Below, one piece after another: positions 36,610-45,499 of a DNA stretch of 64,000 nucleotides. The notes beneath the pieces are model-generated. The model had not been told where the DNA came from. It saw only the letters and a list, made by a program, of their open reading frames with translations, and did no database searches. The DNA lies in assembly GCA_045641865.1 (NCBI GenBank), contig JAZUHW010000002.1:10872-74871 (forward strand), written 5' to 3'. Made by a program: the position numbers and the translations under genes. How positions within the stretch are numbered: position 1 is the stretch's first letter; each line of letters starts with the position of its first letter. The DNA is from Candidatus Nanosyncoccus sp. (GTDB lineage: Bacteria > Patescibacteriota > Saccharimonadia > Saccharimonadales > Saccharimonadaceae).

Positions 36610-37008
36610 TTAGCGTTTACTGAACTGTTCGCGGCGACGAGCAGAGCGCAAACCGTATTTCTTGCGTTCTTTTTCGCGTGGATCGCGTTTAATAAAGCCG
36701 GCTTTCTTCAAAACCGGACGCAAATCTGGGAATTTGGCGACCAAAGTCTTAGAAATAGCCAACTTAATCGCATCAACTTGACCAGCCAAACCACCACCGG
36801 AAACACGAATCGTGATATCAAAATCACTCTGCTTGTCGGTCAGAGCTAATGGATCAGTAATCTCGGCTAACAGAGTCTTGTTACCAGAGAGATATTCGAG
36901 TGCCGGCTTGTCATTAATAGTGATATTTCCCTTGCCATCATAAAGACGAGCACGAGCAGTAGCAGATTTGCGACGGCCGAGGCCATAAATATAAGTTTTC
37001 GTAGCCAT
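36610..37008 (-). CDS. rpsI: 30S ribosomal protein S9
   Basis: 132-aa ORF with C-terminal RRREQFSKR. Confidence 0.95.
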   Translation of the reverse strand: MATKTYIYGLGRRKSATARARLYDGKGNITINDKPALEYLSGNKTLLAEITDPLALTDKQSDFDITIRVSGGGLAGQVDAIKLAISKTLVAKFPDLRPVLKKAGFIKRDPREKERKKYGLRSARRREQFSKR

Positions 37009-37433
37009 TATTTAATCTCCTTTGGGTTTTGAGCAGCGTGGGCATGTTCTGGACCAGCAAAAACGTGTAGGCGCTTCATGCGGTCGGCGGCCAATTTATT
37101 CTTTGGCAACATCCCCTTAACTGCGTGTTCAATTGCACGAGCTGGGTTTTTAGCGAGAACTTCTTCTAATTTAAGCTCCTTAAGTGAACCAGGGTGGCCA
37201 CTGTGGCGATAATATTTCTTGTCGATCATCTTATTACCAGTCACAACTAAATCTTTGGCGTTAATTACGACCACATGATCACCGTTATCGGTGTGCGGTG
37301 TATAAGTAACCTTTGATTTACCCATTAATTTATCAGCAATAATCACAGCAACTTTGCCTAGTGGCAACTTAGAAGCGTCTACTAAATACCAATCACGCTT
37401 AATTTCTGAGGATTTTTGACTATAAGTTTTCAT
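37008..37433 (-). CDS. rplM: 50S ribosomal protein L13
   Basis: 141-aa ORF in rplM-rpsI synteny. Confidence 0.95.
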   Translation of the reverse strand: MKTYSQKSSEIKRDWYLVDASKLPLGKVAVIIADKLMGKSKVTYTPHTDNGDHVVVINAKDLVVTGNKMIDKKYYRHSGHPGSLKELKLEEVLAKNPARAIEHAVKGMLPKNKLAADRMKRLHVFAGPEHAHAAQNPKEIK

Positions 37434-37810
37434 TATTTATCCTCCTTGATCTTAATGTCGTCTACGAAAGAAATCGTAGCCATTTCAGCGTTATCGCCCT
37501 TACGAAAACCAGCGCGCTCAATGCGTAAATAGCCTGAATTGCGTTTGATTTGTGGGGCAATCACATCCATTAATAGATGAGCGGCATCTTGGTCACCCAA
37601 GCGAGCAATCAAAATACGACGATTAGCCAAACCACCTTTTTTAGCGATAGTGACCAATTTCTCGGTATAACGACGCATTTCTTTGGCGCGTGCCAAAGTA
37701 GTAGTAATTTCTTGATATTCGATCAACGAACACATCAGCCCACGTAATAGTGCTCGGCGTTGATCTTTTTCGCGGCCGAATTTGCGACCTTTATATCCGT
37801 GACGATGCAT
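37433..37810 (-). CDS. rplQ: 50S ribosomal protein L17
   Basis: 125-aa ORF following rpoA. Confidence 0.92.
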   Translation of the reverse strand: MHRHGYKGRKFGREKDQRRALLRGLMCSLIEYQEITTTLARAKEMRRYTEKLVTIAKKGGLANRRILIARLGDQDAAHLLMDVIAPQIKRNSGYLRIERAGFRKGDNAEMATISFVDDIKIKEDK

Positions 37811-37811
37811 A

Positions 37812-38765
37812 TTAAATATTTAACTCCGTTAATTTATCTTTGACTTCGTCAAGGGCTTTGGTACCAAAACCTTTCAGCTCCTTGAGATCTTGCTCGGAAA
37901 GCATTACCAAATCACGAACAGTTTGAATTTCGTTATTGATAAGTGCATTGGTAGTACGGGCAGACAAAGCGAGGTCTTCAATTGGCAACATCAGGTTAGA
38001 ATCATCATCAACAGATTCGGCACCTGGGACGCCAGCTGTCTCAACGGTAGTGCCACCGGCGAGGGCAGTGTATTGATTGACCAAAATTGCAGCAGCTTCT
38101 TCAAATGCTTCACGCGGAGTAATCGTACCATCAGTGTCGATGATCAGATTAAGTTGCTGTAGGTTGGTATCTTGGCCAACACGGGTGTTAGCAACTTTGT
38201 AACGGACGCGAAGAACAGGGGTGAAAACAGCATCCAGCGCAATCATATCGCTGTGTTTACGTTCTTTGCCAGATTTTTCGATAGTTTGATAACCACGGCC
38301 AGTTTCGACCACAAAACGCATTTTAAGCGTATACTTAGGGTCGTCAATGTGGCAGATAGTTTGGTTAGGATTGCTAATTTCAACATCGGCTGGTAACTTC
38401 ATATCTCCAGCAACCACACGTGGTTTGCCATTCTTTTCGGAAGTTTGCTTACTGCCTTTAACTTCGAGCATCAATTCGACTGGTTCATCAGTATGAACCT
38501 TGAAACGAATGTTTTTGAGGTTGAGCATAATGTCTACCACGTCTTCACGTACACCAGGGATGGCGGTGAATTCGTGGTTGATACCCTCAATGCTAAAAGA
38601 GGTGATAGCGGCACCTTTGATGCTAGAAAGCAAAACCCGGCGTAAAGAATTACCCAAAGTGTTGCCATAGCCATAATACAACGGGCGAATCACAAATTCG
38701 GCGCTGTTGTCTTTGAGGTCTTTGACCTCTGCTAATTCTGCTTCGTGAATAACTTTTGTTGTCAT
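37812..38765 (-). CDS. rpoA: DNA-directed RNA polymerase subunit alpha
   Basis: 317-aa ORF with the NTD, and the CTD marked by TNALINNEIQTVRDL. Confidence 0.95.
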   Translation of the reverse strand: MTTKVIHEAELAEVKDLKDNSAEFVIRPLYYGYGNTLGNSLRRVLLSSIKGAAITSFSIEGINHEFTAIPGVREDVVDIMLNLKNIRFKVHTDEPVELMLEVKGSKQTSEKNGKPRVVAGDMKLPADVEISNPNQTICHIDDPKYTLKMRFVVETGRGYQTIEKSGKERKHSDMIALDAVFTPVLRVRYKVANTRVGQDTNLQQLNLIIDTDGTITPREAFEEAAAILVNQYTALAGGTTVETAGVPGAESVDDDSNLMLPIEDLALSARTTNALINNEIQTVRDLVMLSEQDLKELKGFGTKALDEVKDKLTELNI

Positions 38766-38779
38766 ATCTTCTTCTCCTT

Positions 38780-39397
38780 TTAGCGTGAGTAATACTCAAC
38801 GATTAATTGTTCGTTAATGCCCACCTCAGCTTCTTCGCGCTTTGGTAGTCCGGTAATTTCAATTGTCATTTTCTTAGCGTTGACTTTAAGCCAACTCATC
38901 TGTTGCTGGCTAGCAGCAGCGATGATATTGTCCAAATTCTGGAAATAGGCCGATTTTTTGGACTTTGGACGCACTTCTAGAGTGTCGCCTGGGTTCAAAC
39001 GGATTGATGGAATATCAATACGATGGCCGTTTAAGAGGAAATGGCCATGAGAGACCAATTGACGGGCTTGACGACGAGTGGTCGCAAAACCAGCTCTATA
39101 AACGGCGTTATCAGCGCGGCGTTCCAAAAATTGTAACAAATTTTCACCAGTTAGACCGTCAGCCTTGGTGGCTTCTTTCATCAACTTGGCGAATTGTTTC
39201 TCAAGCAAGCCATACAAACGACGTACTTTTTGCTTCTCGCGCAATTGTGTGAGATATAGGCTGCCACCACGTACACGCATTTGAGCGTGTTCACCAGGAA
39301 TACCTGACTTTTTGGCCATAACTTTGTGAGCCTTGGGCGCCAAAGCATAACCTTCGCGGCGACTTTGCTTGACAATAGGTGATCTGTCTCGTGCCAT
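38780..39397 (-). CDS. rpsD: 30S ribosomal protein S4
   Basis: 205-aa ORF with an S4 domain. Confidence 0.95.
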   Translation of the reverse strand: MARDRSPIVKQSRREGYALAPKAHKVMAKKSGIPGEHAQMRVRGGSLYLTQLREKQKVRRLYGLLEKQFAKLMKEATKADGLTGENLLQFLERRADNAVYRAGFATTRRQARQLVSHGHFLLNGHRIDIPSIRLNPGDTLEVRPKSKKSAYFQNLDNIIAAASQQQMSWLKVNAKKMTIEITGLPKREEAEVGINEQLIVEYYSR

Positions 39398-39849
39398 TAT
39401 GGTTTCCTTTCTCCCTTAGGACGCACACCACCGTGTGCAATCGGGGTTACATCCGAAATACTGTTAATAGTGAGTCCGACGCCAGCAGCGGCGCGAATCG
39501 CACTATCACGACCAAGACCAATGCCTTTTACAAAGATATCGACACTGTGCATGCCGTGATCTTTTTTGGCGGCCTCAATAGCTTTTTCGGCAGCAATTTG
39601 AGCGGCATAGGCCGTACCCTTTTTACTACCACGAAAACCATTGGCGCCCGCCGAGGAAGCGGTCAGAGCACCACCAGCCTGATCGGTAACAGTAATAATC
39701 GTATTATTAAAAGTAGCGTGAATATGGACTTGGCCAACTGGAACCTGACGCTTGCGCTTTTTGGCTTTTTTAGCCTTAGGAGCGGGAACGTCTGTTTCCA
39801 CTGGTTTTTTATCCATAACTTGTTCTGGAGCTTTTACTTCTTCTGTCAT
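39397..39849 (-). CDS. rpsK: 30S ribosomal protein S11 with a basic N-terminal extension
   Basis: 150-aa ORF. SD AAGGAG upstream. Confidence 0.92.
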   Translation of the reverse strand: MTEEVKAPEQVMDKKPVETDVPAPKAKKAKKRKRQVPVGQVHIHATFNNTIITVTDQAGGALTASSAGANGFRGSKKGTAYAAQIAAEKAIEAAKKDHGMHSVDIFVKGIGLGRDSAIRAAAGVGLTINSISDVTPIAHGGVRPKGERKP

Positions 39850-39858
39850 GATGTCTCC

Positions 39859-40245
39859 TTAAGTCTTACTCGCTGCTTTAGGTTGTGCACCACCGACCGC
39901 GATCGCCTTACCCTTACGAGTACGCGCATTCGTACGGGTACGCTGGCCGTTTACAGGGAGTTTTGCCTTGTGGCGTAACCCCTTGTAGGAATTAATATCC
40001 TTGATGCGTTTAACATTGTTGGTTACGAGACGTTTGAGATTGCCTTCAACAATATACTTATTGTTGATAATCTCGTTGAGCTTTTGCTCATCAGCCTCGG
40101 TGAGATCTTTCACCCGAGTGGTAGGCTCAATTTTGGCCTCCGCAAGGATGGCTTTACTGGTCGTGCGTCCAATCCCATAAACATAAGTGAGGCCAATCCA
40201 CACTGGTTTATCGGAAGGGATCACAACACTTGCAATTCTTGCCAT
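39859..40245 (-). CDS. rpsM: 30S ribosomal protein S13
   Basis: 128-aa ORF. Confidence 0.95.
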   Translation of the reverse strand: MARIASVVIPSDKPVWIGLTYVYGIGRTTSKAILAEAKIEPTTRVKDLTEADEQKLNEIINNKYIVEGNLKRLVTNNVKRIKDINSYKGLRHKAKLPVNGQRTRTNARTRKGKAIAVGGAQPKAASKT

Positions 40246-40247
40246 GC

Positions 40248-40364
40248 TTAACCCTGCCTTTGCTTATTCTTAGGTTTTTTCTTATTGATAACACGCAGCA
40301 CACCCTTACGGCGTACAATGATGTCATCTGGTGAGATTTTTTTAACACTGGCACGTACTTTCAC
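40248..40364 (-). CDS. rpmJ: 50S ribosomal protein L36, Cys-less form (GTG start)
   Basis: Not in the ORF track (38 aa). Manual translation is [38 protein letters not shown]. Sits in the canonical position between infA and rpsM. Confidence 0.85.
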   Translation of the reverse strand: MKVRASVKKISPDDIIVRRKGVLRVINKKKPKNKQRQG

Positions 40365-40462
40365 AGTATTATAAAACCCTTTCCTTTAATGTTGTAGAAT
40401 TCACAACATTTGTCTTGGTACGTATTCAAGACAAACGCTACGAACTCTCGCAACGGTTAATA

Positions 40463-40687
40463 TTAATGATTGAGGCGGAAGCTGATTCTACCCTTTGAGA
40501 GATCGTAAGGGGTAAGCTCAACCTCTACCTTATCGCCCGGGACCAAACGAATGTAGTTTTTTCGCATTTTCCCGCTCATATGGGCGATAATATTATGGCC
40601 GTTCTCAAGCTCCACGCGGAACTGCGTGTTCGGTAAAGCCTCAACGACAGTACCGGTGAGTTTAATCACTTCCTTTTGACTAGCCAT
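40463..40687 (-). CDS. infA: translation initiation factor IF-1
   Basis: 74-aa ORF with an S1-like fold pattern. Confidence 0.95.
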   Translation of the reverse strand: MASQKEVIKLTGTVVEALPNTQFRVELENGHNIIAHMSGKMRKNYIRLVPGDKVEVELTPYDLSKGRISFRLNH

Positions 40688-40700
40688 AAATTACTCCTTT

Positions 40701-40738
40701 ATTGTAGCACAAGAATCTGAGGTTGTAAAGGGTAAAAT
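40701..40738 (-). promoter_or_regulatory. infA promoter (TTTACA - 17 nt - TACAAT) with a conserved upstream element
   Basis: The minus strand reads ATTTTACCCTTTACAAcCTC...TACAAT. The 20-mer is 19/20 identical to the one upstream of tuf (53293-53312). Confidence 0.5.
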
Positions 40739-40767
40739 GCAATTTTCTGTAAAATTATTACAATATA

Positions 40768-41445
40768 TTAATTATCAATTAAAACTGCACGCACAAATTG
40801 TCGAGATAGATAGGTCTGTTGGGCTTGAGACCATTGCCCAGTACAACTGATCAAAGTTAAGGATTCTTTGCCTTTTTCGGGGCTTCTTTGAGCGGTCGCC
40901 ATATAATCATCAGCTTGGTCTAGAGGAATAGTATTACTTTCAACAACTTTGTACTTAAAAATCTGGCCATCACCACGCTCAATTACCACAACATCACCGT
41001 TGGTTAAATCTGGTAGATGTTTAAATACACCGTCACGGGTAGGACCACCGTTGTGCCCATTAATAATCATGGTGCCACCCGCCCCTGGCTTACCAGAGGA
41101 AGTATACCAAGCAGTATCAAAAATATTAGCGGGGGTATCAATTTCTCCCTTATTATTGATCCCGAGACCCAAAACGCGAGCATTTTTCACATTTAGGCGA
41201 TTAATAGAGATATAACGAGGACGATCAGGGGCGACGGTATATGCGGCTTTTTGGTCATCCGTAACATCATTTTCGTCAACATTGCTAGTAACAGGGGCAA
41301 CAGCGCGTTCGCTACCTTCTTTGCTACGGTAATATTCATGCTCCCAGAAAATAACTCGGACTAGAAATAGGAGTACGAGCAATCCCAGTACTCCCCACAG
41401 CACTCTTGGCCAATTTTTCTTCCACCAGCTTAGATTAAGGCTCAT
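40768..41445 (-). CDS. sortase (class F-like), membrane anchored
   Basis: 225-aa ORF with an N-terminal TM, His (INGHNGG), the TLISCTG cysteine motif and a C-terminal R. Occupies the slot normally held by adk/map. Confidence 0.75.
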   Translation of the reverse strand: MSLNLSWWKKNWPRVLWGVLGLLVLLFLVRVIFWEHEYYRSKEGSERAVAPVTSNVDENDVTDDQKAAYTVAPDRPRYISINRLNVKNARVLGLGINNKGEIDTPANIFDTAWYTSSGKPGAGGTMIINGHNGGPTRDGVFKHLPDLTNGDVVVIERGDGQIFKYKVVESNTIPLDQADDYMATAQRSPEKGKESLTLISCTGQWSQAQQTYLSRQFVRAVLIDN

Positions 41446-42857
41446 TCGAACTCATCATAGGTTACCATTAACGCACGGGAATTGAGCTGCCTGATGTTCT
41501 CTAACGCTACGGTAACGATGATCAAAAGACCAGTACCAGAGAGTGAGAGACCGATTGGTGCTCCGGTAATGACAATAAAGATGTAATCTGTAATAAATGG
41601 TAACATCGCGATCAAACCAAGCGCGATGGCCCCGAAAAGATTAAGACGGTTGATGATTTTACTGAGGTAATCTGCGGTTTGCATACCTGGACGCACCCCT
41701 TCGATAAAACCACCTTGTTTTTGGAGATTATCAGCAATTTCCTTTGTATTAAAGATAATCGAAGTGTAGAAATAGGTAAACAACACCACTAAGGCAAAGT
41801 ACATTGCTGGGTAGAAGAACCACTGTGCAGTGATACCGTTAGGATAGAGCGCGGCAAAGTTTGAGGCCGATGGCGCCGAGAATAGGGCTACCAGAGCGTT
41901 ACCAAAGCCACTAGTCGGGAAAGAGGATAAAATCACCTGACCAATCAAAGCTGGCAAGGAGAGGAATGCCATCGCAAAGATGACCGGAATCACGCCCGCC
42001 GCAATTAATTTAATCGGCAAAATAGACTTAATTCCGCCATAGGCGCTATTCCCTCGTACCCTTTTAGCATAGTTAATCGTGATAATACGCTGAGCCTCGT
42101 TAATCTTAACCAAGAAGTAAATCACAATCAACATCGCAATCGCAAAACCAAGCACAATCCAGAAAGTAGTTGGATTAACAGGGAGGTTAAACCAGCCGAA
42201 AATGGAAAGTGTACCATTGGAAGTGTCCATCAAGGATGCACCTAGAGTGGCCAAAGTATTCGGCAATTGGGAAATAATTGAAGCAAAGATCATGGTAGAA
42301 ATACCATTGCCGATTCCCTGTTCGGAGACCAATTCACCGAACCACATCAAGATTACCGAGCCAGCGGTCATACTAGCGACAGATAGGACCCAGTTCCAGA
42401 ACGTTGGCTCAAAGGTGGCGCCACCACTGGACGCAACCGATTGATACAAAATAAAAATATAGGCAATTGATTGGATAATTGCTAGTGGAACAGAGAGAAT
42501 ACGGGTCCACTGATTAATCTTGCGACGACCCGTCTCACCATCACGTGACAATTCCTCCATACTCGGGATTGCTTTGGTCAATAATTGGATAACAATGGAT
42601 GAGGTAATGTAGGGGCCTAGACCAACCAGAATAATAGAGAAGGCGGTCAGCCCACCACCAGAGATAAGATTCAAAAATCCACCGAAATCAGATTGGGTGA
42701 TTAAATTCTGCACGGCATCTTTAAAAGTACCGGCATCACCCATTGGGACAGGAATATGGGCTAAAAGACGATATGCAACAATAATCAGGACAATCGCAAG
42801 AATGCGCTTGAGCATGTCTTTATTCTTGAACGAACGGAAAATGTTTTTGAAATCCAT
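41442..42857 (-). CDS. secY: preprotein translocase subunit SecY
   Basis: 471-aa 10-TM ORF after rplO. Its TGA stop overlaps the sortase ATG (ATGA). Confidence 0.95.
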   Translation of the reverse strand: MDFKNIFRSFKNKDMLKRILAIVLIIVAYRLLAHIPVPMGDAGTFKDAVQNLITQSDFGGFLNLISGGGLTAFSIILVGLGPYITSSIVIQLLTKAIPSMEELSRDGETGRRKINQWTRILSVPLAIIQSIAYIFILYQSVASSGGATFEPTFWNWVLSVASMTAGSVILMWFGELVSEQGIGNGISTMIFASIISQLPNTLATLGASLMDTSNGTLSIFGWFNLPVNPTTFWIVLGFAIAMLIVIYFLVKINEAQRIITINYAKRVRGNSAYGGIKSILPIKLIAAGVIPVIFAMAFLSLPALIGQVILSSFPTSGFGNALVALFSAPSASNFAALYPNGITAQWFFYPAMYFALVVLFTYFYTSIIFNTKEIADNLQKQGGFIEGVRPGMQTADYLSKIINRLNLFGAIALGLIAMLPFITDYIFIVITGAPIGLSLSGTGLLIIVTVALENIRQLNSRALMVTYDEFE

Positions 42858-42909
42858 ATTACCTCTAATTACTCTATTTATCTTACCACAGTTTGGCTAA
42901 AAACTGAAC

Positions 42910-43371
42910 TTATTTCTTGATAGCTTTGCGCTGTGGAATAGCTACTTGTTTGAACGAACCACCAGCTTTTTTAATGGCAGCAACAGCGGTCTTGCTAGCC
43001 CCCTGAGTTTCTAGATCAATCTTAGCGGTCATTTCACCGCGCAAGATGATTTTGACCTTTTCATAAGGGGTAGCAATGAGATCTTTTTTGGCAAGGACAA
43101 AGTTGTCAACTTTACCAGAAAGACCGTTCAAACAATCAGTGTAAACCACCGTAGCTTTGGGGTGGATAGATTTAAAACCTTTGAGCTTTGGAATAGCCTG
43201 CATAAAGGCTTTTTGGCCGCCCATGAAGGTAGCTGGCATCTTATTGTGACCAGCTCGGGACTTTTGACCCTTGGTACCACGACCAGCGGTTTTACCCTGG
43301 CCAGCGGAAATACCACGACCTTTGCGGTTAGGACGAGTATTCTTGTTTACCTGTAATTCATTGTATTTCAT
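42910..43371 (-). CDS. rplO: 50S ribosomal protein L15
   Basis: 153-aa ORF. Confidence 0.92.
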   Translation of the reverse strand: MKYNELQVNKNTRPNRKGRGISAGQGKTAGRGTKGQKSRAGHNKMPATFMGGQKAFMQAIPKLKGFKSIHPKATVVYTDCLNGLSGKVDNFVLAKKDLIATPYEKVKIILRGEMTAKIDLETQGASKTAVAAIKKAGGSFKQVAIPQRKAIKK

Positions 43372-44027
43372 TATTTCTCCTCCTTTTTGGTGGCTTTCTT
43401 TGCCGGAGCCTTTTTGCTAGTAGCCTTATTGATGGTAGTGATCCATTGGCTGCGTGGAGTTTGTTGCTTGAGACCTTCAATTACGGCGTAAGCGATATTT
43501 ACTTTGTTGGCACCACCGATGGACTTGGAAATCAAGTTTTTTACCCCTGTTAAACCAATAATGGAACGCACCACACCACCGGCAATAATACCAGTACCGG
43601 GAGCAGCTGGTTTCATCAATACATCGGCGCCATCAAATTTAGTCTCGGTTTCATGACAGATAGTTTCGCCATCCATGTGAAATTCAATCATGTCTTTTTT
43701 GGCCTTGGTAGTGGCTTTTTGGACAGCGCTGGTGACATCTACACCTTTCGCAACGCCAATACCAACCTTATTCTTGTGGTTACCGATGGCTACTAGAGCT
43801 TTAAAGCGCATACGACGACCACCTTTAACAGTACGAGAAACGCGGTCAATGCTAATGGTAACATCATCAAATTCTTTAGGAGCGCGTTCGACACGGCGAT
43901 TGCGGTCACGACGCTGGTTGCGACGGTCCATCTTTTTACCAGAGATATCGCGCTTGGTACGAGTAGCAGCGACATCGTCGGTCATCTTGAGAGTACCGGA
44001 TTTGTTGATTACTTTTGCTTCAGCCAT
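43371..44027 (-). CDS. rpsE: 30S ribosomal protein S5 with N- and C-terminal basic extensions
   Basis: Start moved to MAEAKVINK (ATG 44027), just after the rplR stop. Abuts rplO directly, so there is no rpmD. Confidence 0.9.
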   Translation of the reverse strand: MAEAKVINKSGTLKMTDDVAATRTKRDISGKKMDRRNQRRDRNRRVERAPKEFDDVTISIDRVSRTVKGGRRMRFKALVAIGNHKNKVGIGVAKGVDVTSAVQKATTKAKKDMIEFHMDGETICHETETKFDGADVLMKPAAPGTGIIAGGVVRSIIGLTGVKNLISKSIGGANKVNIAYAVIEGLKQQTPRSQWITTINKATSKKAPAKKATKKEEK

Positions 44028-44028
44028 A

Positions 44029-44358
44029 TTAGAACTCCAATCCTTCCTTGCGGGCAGCATCTGCAAGAGCAGCCATGCGGCCAGCATATAATTTTGATCC
44101 GCGATCGAACATTACGCATTTGATTTTAGCTTTTTTCGCTTTAGTAGCGATTTCTTTGCCAATCACAGCGGCCATTTCGGTCTTAGTCCCGGTAATTTTG
44201 CTTCCAACAGTGGTAGCATAGGCCAAAGTGACTTTTTTATCATCATCAATAATTTGCGCAATGATGTGCTTGTTGCTGATATTAACGCTGAGACGCGGAC
44301 GGTCAGCGGTTCCATGTAGTTTAGCGCGAGTACGACGCGCACGATTAATAGCTTTCAT
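44029..44358 (-). CDS. rplR: 50S ribosomal protein L18
   Basis: 109-aa ORF. Confidence 0.92.
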   Translation of the reverse strand: MKAINRARRTRAKLHGTADRPRLSVNISNKHIIAQIIDDDKKVTLAYATTVGSKITGTKTEMAAVIGKEIATKAKKAKIKCVMFDRGSKLYAGRMAALADAARKEGLEF

Positions 44359-44897
44359 TAGCTTGTAGCCCCTGCCTTTCCGGCCTTGCGGAGAATAACT
44401 TCATCCACATATTTAATGCCTTTACCTTTATATGGTTCGGGTTTCTTGAGGCTGCGAATTTCAGCCGCAACTTGCCCGACTTTCTGCTTATCAATACCAC
44501 TAACGGTGATTTCCATCTTGTCAACTTTGAGTTCAACATCATCTGGAGCAGTATATTTAACAGGGTGAGAAAAGCCGAGAGCCATCTCAATCTGCTTACC
44601 ACCGCCAGATAGACGAAAACCGACACCATTGACTTCGAGTTTTTTCTCGTAGCCTTTAGTGACGCCTTGGACAGCGTTATTTAGTAATGCACGTTGAAGA
44701 CCATGCCAAGCACGTGACTTGGGCTCATCATCAACACGGGTGACAACAGCTTCGTTGTCTTTCACTTCAACCTTGGTGTTAGGTTGGACCGGCACATTGA
44801 GTGAACCTTTTGGCCCTGCGACAGTAATTTCTTTGTCGCCGACCGTGATTGTCACTCCCGCCGGAATTGGTACGGGTTGTTTTCCGATACGACTCAT
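44358..44897 (-). CDS. rplF: 50S ribosomal protein L6
   Basis: 179-aa ORF. It is the first gene of this ribosomal block. Confidence 0.95.
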   Translation of the reverse strand: MSRIGKQPVPIPAGVTITVGDKEITVAGPKGSLNVPVQPNTKVEVKDNEAVVTRVDDEPKSRAWHGLQRALLNNAVQGVTKGYEKKLEVNGVGFRLSGGGKQIEMALGFSHPVKYTAPDDVELKVDKMEITVSGIDKQKVGQVAAEIRSLKKPEPYKGKGIKYVDEVILRKAGKAGATS

Positions 44898-44929
44898 AAA
44901 AAATCCCTTTGTTAATTAATACTCCGACA

Positions 44930-44940
44930 ATTATATCACA
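44930..44940 (-). promoter_or_regulatory. extended -10 box TGTGATATAAT upstream of rplF
   Basis: Reverse complement of attatatcaca. TTGTCA lies about 14 nt further upstream. Confidence 0.5.
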
Positions 44941-44972
44941 GGCTATCTGTTTTGACAAGGGTCGAAAAAATA

Positions 44973-44996
44973 CCCCGCTCATATCTACGAACGGGG
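44973..44996 (-). terminator. terminator after the carrier-protein gene
   Basis: CCCCG/CGGGG stem with a 14-nt loop, followed by TATTTTTT on the minus strand. Confidence 0.45.
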
Positions 44997-45013
44997 ATAA
45001 AAACTGTATCAGA

Positions 45014-45235
45014 TTATCGACTCTGAATATATTGTACTAATTCGCCAACGGTTTTAACACTCATAATCTCATCGCCCAAATCAACTTCTAAACGCTCTTC
45101 TAGTTCACAAGTCAACTCTAACGCATCTATAGAATCTAGACCTAAATCTTTTAAAGTTGCTGATTCAGTGATTTGTCCTGGAGTAATCTGATGTTTTTCT
45201 CATAATATTTGCTTGATTGTTCCTAAAATGTCCAT
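45014..45235 (-). CDS. acyl/peptidyl carrier protein (73 aa); 1 in-frame TGA
   Basis: Absent from the ORF track. SD AAGGAAGGTG lies 5 nt before ATG 45235. Translation is MDILGTIKQIL[TGA]EKHQITPGQITESATLKDLGLDSIDALELTCELEERLEV..., with the phosphopantetheine-site motif LGLDSID. TGA at 45200-02. Confidence 0.75.
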
Positions 45236-45308
45236 TTTGCCACCTTCCTTTCAACAACCTTACAAACCATTATTAATGTGCTGGCACTCGAAGCACCTTC
45301 GTGAAGCC

Positions 45309-45328
45309 CATTATATCATGATATAATG
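45309..45328. promoter_or_regulatory. perfect 20-bp palindrome CATTATATCATGATATAATG providing TGATATAAT -10 boxes on both strands
   Basis: Self-complementary over all 20 nt. The plus-strand copy lies 6 nt before ATG 45334. The minus-strand copy faces the carrier-protein gene. Confidence 0.55.
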
Positions 45329-45333
45329 CGAGT

Positions 45334-45498
45334 ATGGATGATGAATATTGGGAAGCCGAAATGGAAGAAGAGATGCGCATTCGTGAACGGGCAGAAGAAA
45401 TGGGCATCGACCCTGAGCAAACCGACCAATTAATCCGCGCAAAAGGTGATACTTTTGATATTACAGATGAAGATTTGGACGAGTTAGTCAACGAATAA
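45334..45498 (+). CDS. 54-aa highly acidic protein (leaderless candidate)
   Basis: Manual translation is MDDEYWEAEMEEEMRIRERAEEMGIDPEQTDQLIRAKGDTFDITDEDLDELVNE. TATAAT plus 6 nt plus ATG, as at other leaderless genes here. Preferred over the Ser-rich antisense ORF 45273-45491. Confidence 0.45.
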   Translation: MDDEYWEAEMEEEMRIRERAEEMGIDPEQTDQLIRAKGDTFDITDEDLDELVNE

Positions 45499-45499
45499 T

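Noticed and set aside
36162-36613. Plus-strand ORFs 36162-36392 and 36389-36613
   Set aside because: The first runs through the tRNA-Ala(CGC) gene and the second through its terminator. Both are antisense to SD-led minus-strand genes.
45273-45491. 72-aa Ser-rich minus-strand ORF between the carrier protein and FemAB
   Set aside because: It has a low-complexity antisense-type translation and no SD. The plus strand carries a -10 box at leaderless spacing and a plausible acidic helical peptide.
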